A stretch of 64,000 nucleotides of DNA from a virus. The notes beneath the pieces were generated by a model. The model had not been told where the DNA came from, ran no database searches, and saw nothing but the letters and a program-made list of their open reading frames with translations. Location of the stretch: the IMG/VR virus record IMGVR_UViG_3300028883_000033, positions 32,001 through 96,000 of that record; one strand, 5' to 3'. The position numbers were made by a program, and so were the translations under genes. Numbering within the stretch: the stretch's first letter is position 1; each line of letters starts with the position of its first letter. Positions 58,832 through 64,000 of the stretch are shown piece by piece.

Positions 58832-59773
58832 TTAGTACGTCAATTCCTCAAATCTTTCTACTGCTTTCGTGCGAACGTGTCTGAACAGATCGCTTATGGT
58901 TATATTGGCGTTATCCAGAGCTTCATACAATTTTGCTACTTCCTCTGGATCAGGACCATTCCCCAAATCAATCTGCGGGGAGACGTCCTCAACGAGCGAC
59001 ATGATAATATCATCTGTAATTTCAGACAACTCTTCATCTGTTAGCCACTCTTCATCTTCTTTGATTCCGTCCTGTTTTGGGTTGACTAAGAAATTTGTTT
59101 TCTCGAGAACATTCTGACCTATCAGAACAGGATACTCCATCTCCGAACGATCATTAAGGTTAAACAATGCCTTGGTGACACGTTTTCCGTTTATTTCAAT
59201 GTCAAGCTCAATAACCGGACGATACTCGGTTCCACCATCAGCTGACGACACAGCTTGCTGATCGACTAAGCGTGCTTGAATAGCATTTGGAGAAGCGTTG
59301 CGGTTAAAAAATTGAACCACCTGGCCGACAATCTTCGGAGTTCCGTCAACATGCAAAGAGCTAATTTCCGCTCCAGTATCCACTTTGCCTTTCAGAGCAA
59401 TGACACCTGAAGGAAGCGCAATCTTGAGGAGAGCGACATCACCGATAGTTTCCACTTGTTCGTACATAACCTTCCCGCGCGCAACGGACGTGGTTCGGAC
59501 GTCGTATGGCATTAAAGTCAAACCATCGGAAGTACCCCACAACATCACAATCCACTGCTGAAGGTCTTGCTTCAATGCATCTTCTTTGTTTGTTGCTGCG
59601 GTTGTGTAAATTACATATGGATTCCTACCATCACGAACGGCTTCAGCAAAATCCCATGAAGATGATCTGATATAAGTGTAATGAATTCCACCGATCATGA
59701 AGTCTTTTGGGTACTTAAACTCCCCAGAAGCCCAAGCCGATCGTAGTTCTTGTAAGTCAGCATATTCATTCAT
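58832..59773 (-). CDS. Retropepsin-like protease (RimK-associated/RimB-type) with extra domains
   Basis: KVDTGAEISSLH, RPVI, FNLNDRSEMEYPVLIG. Confidence 0.8.
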   Translation of the reverse strand: MNEYADLQELRSAWASGEFKYPKDFMIGGIHYTYIRSSSWDFAEAVRDGRNPYVIYTTAATNKEDALKQDLQQWIVMLWGTSDGLTLMPYDVRTTSVARGKVMYEQVETIGDVALLKIALPSGVIALKGKVDTGAEISSLHVDGTPKIVGQVVQFFNRNASPNAIQARLVDQQAVSSADGGTEYRPVIELDIEINGKRVTKALFNLNDRSEMEYPVLIGQNVLEKTNFLVNPKQDGIKEDEEWLTDEELSEITDDIIMSLVEDVSPQIDLGNGPDPEEVAKLYEALDNANITISDLFRHVRTKAVERFEELTY

Positions 59774-60438
59774 TTTTGGTGTGCCTTTTCGTATTCTCTA
59801 ACGCGTTCCAGTAACGGTTTTACGTATTTATCAATCTTTTCTCTGAAAACCAGCGGAACCATACCTTTCTCAACAGTCATTAGAATAACAACATCTTCTA
59901 TTGGCTCACCAGTTAATTCGTGCCACATAATAGCGTAAGCAGTGGTTTGTAGGAAATAATCTTCGATCATGTCCTTATCTTTGTTGTTATTTGACGTTTT
60001 GAAATCAATGATTGCTAAAGTTCCGTCGTATTCACCGATACAGTCAACGCGACCAGCCACTCGCAGTTTATCACTCCAAAGAGCGATTTCTTGGGCGCGA
60101 ATGTTATCAATGTGATTCACTCGCATCTTTAGCTGGTTGAACCCACGAACGTGTTCCTGTGCGTATCCTTTTGTGAAATCATCCTCGTTATTGAGGTAGC
60201 GCTCGATCATCTCATGGATTGCAGTTCCACGATCTGCGCAGCGTTTCTGCTCTTTGGCGGCTTTATCTGGGCCCAGCATATTTTGCCACTCTTTAAGCCA
60301 CGGCTTTTCTTTATGGCCAAGGACGGTGGTAATTGAAGGGTATACAATACCTTCAGGAGTCGTATAGTGTCGGACGCCCGTGGGTGAAGTATTAGACTTT
60401 AAGTCAGGTAAGTTAGGTGCACCTTGGTGTATAAACAT
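59770..60438 (-). CDS. PD-(D/E)XK exonuclease
   Basis: YPSITTVL, RGTAIH, AGRVD, IIDFKTS, YFLQ..AYA; start revised to ATG 60438. Confidence 0.88.
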   Translation of the reverse strand: MFIHQGAPNLPDLKSNTSPTGVRHYTTPEGIVYPSITTVLGHKEKPWLKEWQNMLGPDKAAKEQKRCADRGTAIHEMIERYLNNEDDFTKGYAQEHVRGFNQLKMRVNHIDNIRAQEIALWSDKLRVAGRVDCIGEYDGTLAIIDFKTSNNNKDKDMIEDYFLQTTAYAIMWHELTGEPIEDVVILMTVEKGMVPLVFREKIDKYVKPLLERVREYEKAHQK

Positions 60439-60446
60439 AGCAGAAG

Positions 60447-60477
60447 TATTTATACACAAAAATTACACAAAATTCAA
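60447..60477 (-). promoter_or_regulatory. Composite sigma70/late promoter
   Basis: TTGAAT-N17-TATAAA whose -10 is part of TATAAATA (60447-60454). Confidence 0.55.
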
Positions 60478-60480
60478 CGG

Positions 60481-60744
60481 TTAGTCGAATTTTCCGCCTT
60501 CGTATTCATACCCCATTACAAGGTCACTAAGGTGTTGATATACTATGGATTTTGCGTGCTCTTTGCCGGCAATTTGAGATAGGCGGTCTATAGTTGCTGC
60601 CACCACATGATCAATATCATTGAATTGGCGTTCTTTCGCCTGCTGAATTTGCTTATTAGTGTCGGAAATCTGCTGTTCGTGCTTCTTATGACGAAACGCG
60701 CCGATATCTGTAACGTCAGCTTCGGTGATATCTCTGAATCTCAT
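60481..60744 (-). CDS. Probable internal head protein
   Basis: Starts MRFRDITE. Confidence 0.55.
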   Translation of the reverse strand: MRFRDITEADVTDIGAFRHKKHEQQISDTNKQIQQAKERQFNDIDHVVAATIDRLSQIAGKEHAKSIVYQHLSDLVMGYEYEGGKFD

Positions 60745-61073
60745 TACGCTTTTCCGGACAGGCGTTTGTTCATCTTTGCTACTAACCGTGAGATGGACTT
60801 ACGCTTCGTGATACCAGCTTTGCGTTTGATCGTACCTTTCTTTGACCGCATGACTTTACGGCCGCGACGCACGTTCTTAGGATCTTTACGAGTAGCGCAC
60901 TTTCCAGGTTCGGAAACGAGTTTGCCAGCCTTTGGGCCACCTACGCAACGGTACCGCTTTTTAATTTCATTACCAACGCGCTTGAACTGACGTTTTGCTG
61001 CTTCGTTGAGAATGTTGCCATCCTCATCTAACCAAACTTCTTCGCATTCATTAATTACTTCAAACAGTTTCAT
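60744..61073 (-). CDS. Basic prohead core-like protein (gp68-like composition)
   Basis: Acidic N-terminal 24 aa ending ILNE then very K/R-rich body. Confidence 0.6.
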   Translation of the reverse strand: MKLFEVINECEEVWLDEDGNILNEAAKRQFKRVGNEIKKRYRCVGGPKAGKLVSEPGKCATRKDPKNVRRGRKVMRSKKGTIKRKAGITKRKSISRLVAKMNKRLSGKA

Positions 61074-61326
61074 CTTGCTGATCTCCAGCCATCAGTTCCT
61101 TGATGCGGCGTTGGATGTCTGCTTTCGCGCGTGGGTCGGCTGTGTTTTGAAGTCGCTTACGCAAAGCCATCATTTGCTTACGTTTTGCCATTTCAGGATT
61201 GTTGCGCTTCAGTTGAGCCAGACGACGCATTTCCATTGACTGTTTCTCCATTTCTTCTGGAGGCATATCTTCTGGATCGTTCTGATCGGGAGCGCCTTCA
61301 ATCAAATATTGTTTGAACGTTAACAT
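61060..61326 (-). CDS. Probable internal head protein
   Basis: Starts MLTFKQYLIE, like T4 capsid targeting sequences. Confidence 0.6.
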   Translation of the reverse strand: MLTFKQYLIEGAPDQNDPEDMPPEEMEKQSMEMRRLAQLKRNNPEMAKRKQMMALRKRLQNTADPRAKADIQRRIKELMAGDQQDETV

Positions 61327-62459
61327 TATCGAATACTTCCTTGTAGTCTGCGGATTAACTCATCGGCCAATGATTGGACGGAAATTGGCTGTGTCTGCTG
61401 AGCCTGATTAGCTTCGCGTTCCTGTCGAACAGTTTCCTCTTCTTCAGCCATTTTGACCTCAGCTGATTGAGCCTGGTCATGCTTCCACTTGGCAAGTTGT
61501 GCTAAGCGTTTGGCTTCCTCTTCTTCAGCCTTCTTTTGCTCGTTATATGCTTCCATATCGAGCACTTGTTCTTCTTGTTTGACTTTATTAGCAGCGGCGT
61601 TTGCGTTTGCTTCAGCGGCGCGTGCTTCAGCTTCCTTAGCGCGTGCTTCGGATTCTGCCTTGCGTGCTTCTGCATCTGCTTTTAGCATGTCGATAACTTG
61701 TTGCAGAGCAGACTCAGTTCCGCCTTCGGGTTCCATTTCCATATCACCCTCGCCTTCCATGTCACCACCTTCGAGATCACCAAGGTCTTCCATGTCACCG
61801 CCTTCCATGTCGCCTTCGGCTCCACCTTCATCGCCACCAACAGCATCCATGAAGCTATCGCCGCCTTCCATGTCGCCTTCGGCTCCACCTTCAAGCTCTT
61901 GCTCTTCTTCTTCGTCGCCTTCGATTTGTGGCCATTCGACATCAACAATGTCAAACTTATCTTTCAACTGGAAGAGAACTTCAGCGATCTCAACTCCTTC
62001 AAGAGCACCATCCTCATCCTCATCAGCGTCTTCGCCAGCTAGCATGGATGCTAGAGTGCTTTCGAATTCATCCGCTTGTTCGGCACGAACGTAAACTTTT
62101 ACGAGGTTGCCGTCTTCGTCTTCCATACCAAAAGGAACAGTGTCGTCTTCTGCTTTTACGCGGCTTTCGGCATCTTTGAGTTTGGAGATGACGTCAGCTG
62201 GATCAAAAGTCGTTTCTTCGCGCTGGCCTTTACCCATTTCCATCATTTCGCCGATCACGCGCCAGCTCCAAGCGTTCTTGTGCTTTGGCAGAGTAACTTC
62301 GGCTGGGTCGAGGCGGTACGCCTCTTTGACTTTCTTCCTTTTCTTATTGCGCTGAACGACACCACCGCCAAAAAGCGAGCCGTGAGTGGCTGCAACCGCA
62401 CCTGCGCTTGTAGCACCAGCAGCGGCCATTTCTTTTAATAGATCCTGAAGTAAAGACAT
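61326..62459 (-). CDS. Acidic probable head protein with EGDMEGGD repeats and coiled coil
   Basis: MSLLQDLLKE start; late promoter upstream. Confidence 0.6.
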   Translation of the reverse strand: MSLLQDLLKEMAAAGATSAGAVAATHGSLFGGGVVQRNKKRKKVKEAYRLDPAEVTLPKHKNAWSWRVIGEMMEMGKGQREETTFDPADVISKLKDAESRVKAEDDTVPFGMEDEDGNLVKVYVRAEQADEFESTLASMLAGEDADEDEDGALEGVEIAEVLFQLKDKFDIVDVEWPQIEGDEEEEQELEGGAEGDMEGGDSFMDAVGGDEGGAEGDMEGGDMEDLGDLEGGDMEGEGDMEMEPEGGTESALQQVIDMLKADAEARKAESEARAKEAEARAAEANANAAANKVKQEEQVLDMEAYNEQKKAEEEEAKRLAQLAKWKHDQAQSAEVKMAEEEETVRQEREANQAQQTQPISVQSLADELIRRLQGSIR

Positions 62460-62491
62460 AGCATTTTCCCTTTGTATTAACGCTTTAGCGT

Positions 62492-62499
62492 TATTTATT
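62492..62499 (-). promoter_or_regulatory. Late promoter AATAAATA
   Basis: Upstream of 62459 ATG. Confidence 0.55.
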
Positions 62500-63730
62500 A
62501 GTCTGGGAAGGCTAACTGCATTTGTTTTCCGTATATGGCCCGTGCTAACTCATTCCAATTGGTGGATTGTGCAATATTTTGTCGTATCACATTCAATTCA
62601 CGGAGGATTTCGGCAAATACTACCAAAGTTCTCTTGTAAATCTCTTCCGTGTATCTAATGACCTTTCCTGATGTTAATACGAGTTCATATGTTGTCCACT
62701 GTCGTTTAAAAGCACCTCGGGCTGTATCTAACCGACCCAACGCACTATTGACGGCATGATCAAACACAGCCTTTGCAGCATCAAGGTCATATAAATTCCA
62801 GTCCGCGAGAAATTGTTCGACCGTTTCGTACTTTTTAAGTGTACGAGTAATCGTCATATATTTCCCAAGGCCCGTAATGCCAATCAGCTCTGCAATCTCT
62901 GATAGCATGTTATCGTATATTGATGTTTTTTGATACCCAACAGTGGCCGCAAACGTGTCATACAGATGTTTGTTGTTTGCTGGATTGAATCGAGGACCAG
63001 CCGACTTGAGCTCATTGCGGATAGCAAAATTGAACTGATTGATTAACGTAAATGTATGTTTATCAACCAGCTTTACAGTTACTCCCGTCTTTGGGTCTTG
63101 TATTACAATTCCTTCTACTCCAAAATCTTCGTGCGGCTCTACATTCGCGGCGTCGCGGAAGACAGGTTTGATGTTACGGAGAATTTGATCCACGAGCATG
63201 GTTTTTAGTTCGTCCTTGGAAGTACTATCGCTGATGTATACGTTATCCACCATGATTGAAGGAACATCATGAAACGTCCATGAAGAGGTCACGCGTTCAC
63301 TGTATGTCTCAATCCCATCATCTGAGAATATCATATTCGTACTAACTTCCACGGGTCCTTTGGGAAGGGGCTTTGGATATTTGTTGATGAACACTATACG
63401 ATTTGAACCATACACCACAGCATTTGGCTGACGTCCATATAGGATTTCAATCTCATACTGCGTTCCGGGGATGGGCTGTCGACTCAACTTGGCTGATAAT
63501 GCAACATGCGCTGCTTTGAACGTATTGTTGACGGGAATGTCTTCATAGTCGGCATGCGTGTAATATAGCTCGGCCCGACCCTTGTTCATGCGTGTTGTAT
63601 AAAATCTACCACTGTCATCAAAACCAAAGACTAGATTCGAACCGTCAATCTTTTCAGTAACCCTCATGTTGCGGAGGTTCTTCACCATATGCATCATCTG
63701 ATCTTTGGGTAATTCTTCGATATGCTTCAT
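62498..63730 (-). CDS. RNA-ligase-like covalent nucleotidyltransferase (DUF6267-like)
   Basis: TEKIDG motif I, EGIV motif IV, KLV motif V. Confidence 0.65.
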   Translation of the reverse strand: MKHIEELPKDQMMHMVKNLRNMRVTEKIDGSNLVFGFDDSGRFYTTRMNKGRAELYYTHADYEDIPVNNTFKAAHVALSAKLSRQPIPGTQYEIEILYGRQPNAVVYGSNRIVFINKYPKPLPKGPVEVSTNMIFSDDGIETYSERVTSSWTFHDVPSIMVDNVYISDSTSKDELKTMLVDQILRNIKPVFRDAANVEPHEDFGVEGIVIQDPKTGVTVKLVDKHTFTLINQFNFAIRNELKSAGPRFNPANNKHLYDTFAATVGYQKTSIYDNMLSEIAELIGITGLGKYMTITRTLKKYETVEQFLADWNLYDLDAAKAVFDHAVNSALGRLDTARGAFKRQWTTYELVLTSGKVIRYTEEIYKRTLVVFAEILRELNVIRQNIAQSTNWNELARAIYGKQMQLAFPD

Positions 63731-63749
63731 TTATTATTGTCCTTAAACG

Positions 63750-63775
63750 AAAAAGCCCGGCAGGCGCCGGGCTTT
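63750..63775 (-). terminator. Intrinsic terminator
   Basis: AAAGCCCGGC-aggc-GCCGGGCTTT, T-tract on minus strand. Confidence 0.8.
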
Positions 63776-63800
63776 ATTCTACGTTGGTTCAATGAAACAG

Positions 63801-64000
63801 TCAATCAAGAATTTCAGTGTTGTCTTTCTTGAACGTCCGCCACTTTGCGGAAACAGTCTTGCCGGTAGAATGTTCTACCCACGTTTCGAAATCGAACAGT
63901 GCAGCAACAGCAGTCTGGTAGTATGACTGATAGTCAGCCCAAAGCTGCTGAAACTCATCTCGCTCTTCTTCCGTTAGGGTTGTAACATCAATTGCCTTGA
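63801..64000 (-). CDS. Hypothetical protein, partial (3' end)
   Basis: Manual read: ...KAIDVTTLTEEERDEFQQLW...KWRTFKKDNTEILD-stop. Confidence 0.6.
   Translation of the reverse strand, partial: KAIDVTTLTEEERDEFQQLWADYQSYYQTAVAALFDFETWVEHSTGKTVSAKWRTFKKDNTEILD

Noticed and set aside
59770-60438. Cas4-like nuclease as sign of CRISPR-Cas
   Set aside because: No array, no other cas genes, no Fe-S cysteine set; ordinary phage exonuclease
61489-62094. 201-aa plus-strand ORF and similar antisense ORFs (e.g. 544-918, 42152-42709, 50296-50751)
   Set aside because: Shadows of well-supported genes on the opposite strand, low-complexity, no RBS or motifs
1-64000. Stop-codon reassignment or nucleus-forming (phiKZ-like) phage
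   Set aside because: Long ORFs are intact in the standard code with TAA, TGA and TAG all used as stops; genes are T4-type with no shell, tubulin or multisubunit RNAP here

Overview
The whole window is a gene-dense, standard-code segment of a large, distantly T4-related myovirus (jumbo-phage architecture); no bacterial chromosomal genes, tRNAs, CRISPR arrays or transposons are evident. Left to right: head morphogenesis (scaffold, prohead protease, core proteins, portal); a tape-measure-like gene divergent from a gp26-like chaperone pair; DNA metabolism (DinG-like helicase, RuvC-like resolvase, gp46/gp47, gp55 late sigma); a ~34 kb plus-strand baseplate/fibre block (gp53, hub, gp5, gp25, gp6, 3643-aa and 1595-aa repeat proteins, fibres); a PAAR-peptidase fusion and holin-like gene; replication genes (RNase H, probable clamp, family B polymerase); GroES, SleB-like hydrolase, and a cluster of probable internal head proteins. 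T4-type late promoters (core TAAATA) precede most structural genes; sigma70-like promoters precede gp55 and replication genes. Best leads: (1) a candidate -1 frameshift joining the gp26-like gene to the next ORF, as in lambda G/GT; (2) a PAAR tip fused to an M15 peptidase while gp5 lacks lysozyme; (3) a C-terminal DDLLx(F/Y) tail shared by polymerase, gp55 and a DUF488-like protein, suggesting a new clamp client; (4) enrichment of GSP tripeptides in tail proteins; (5) a shared AYxRAMSxL C-terminal tag; (6) a ~390-nt structured non-coding gap. All family assignments come from motif recognition by eye; no database searches were run.
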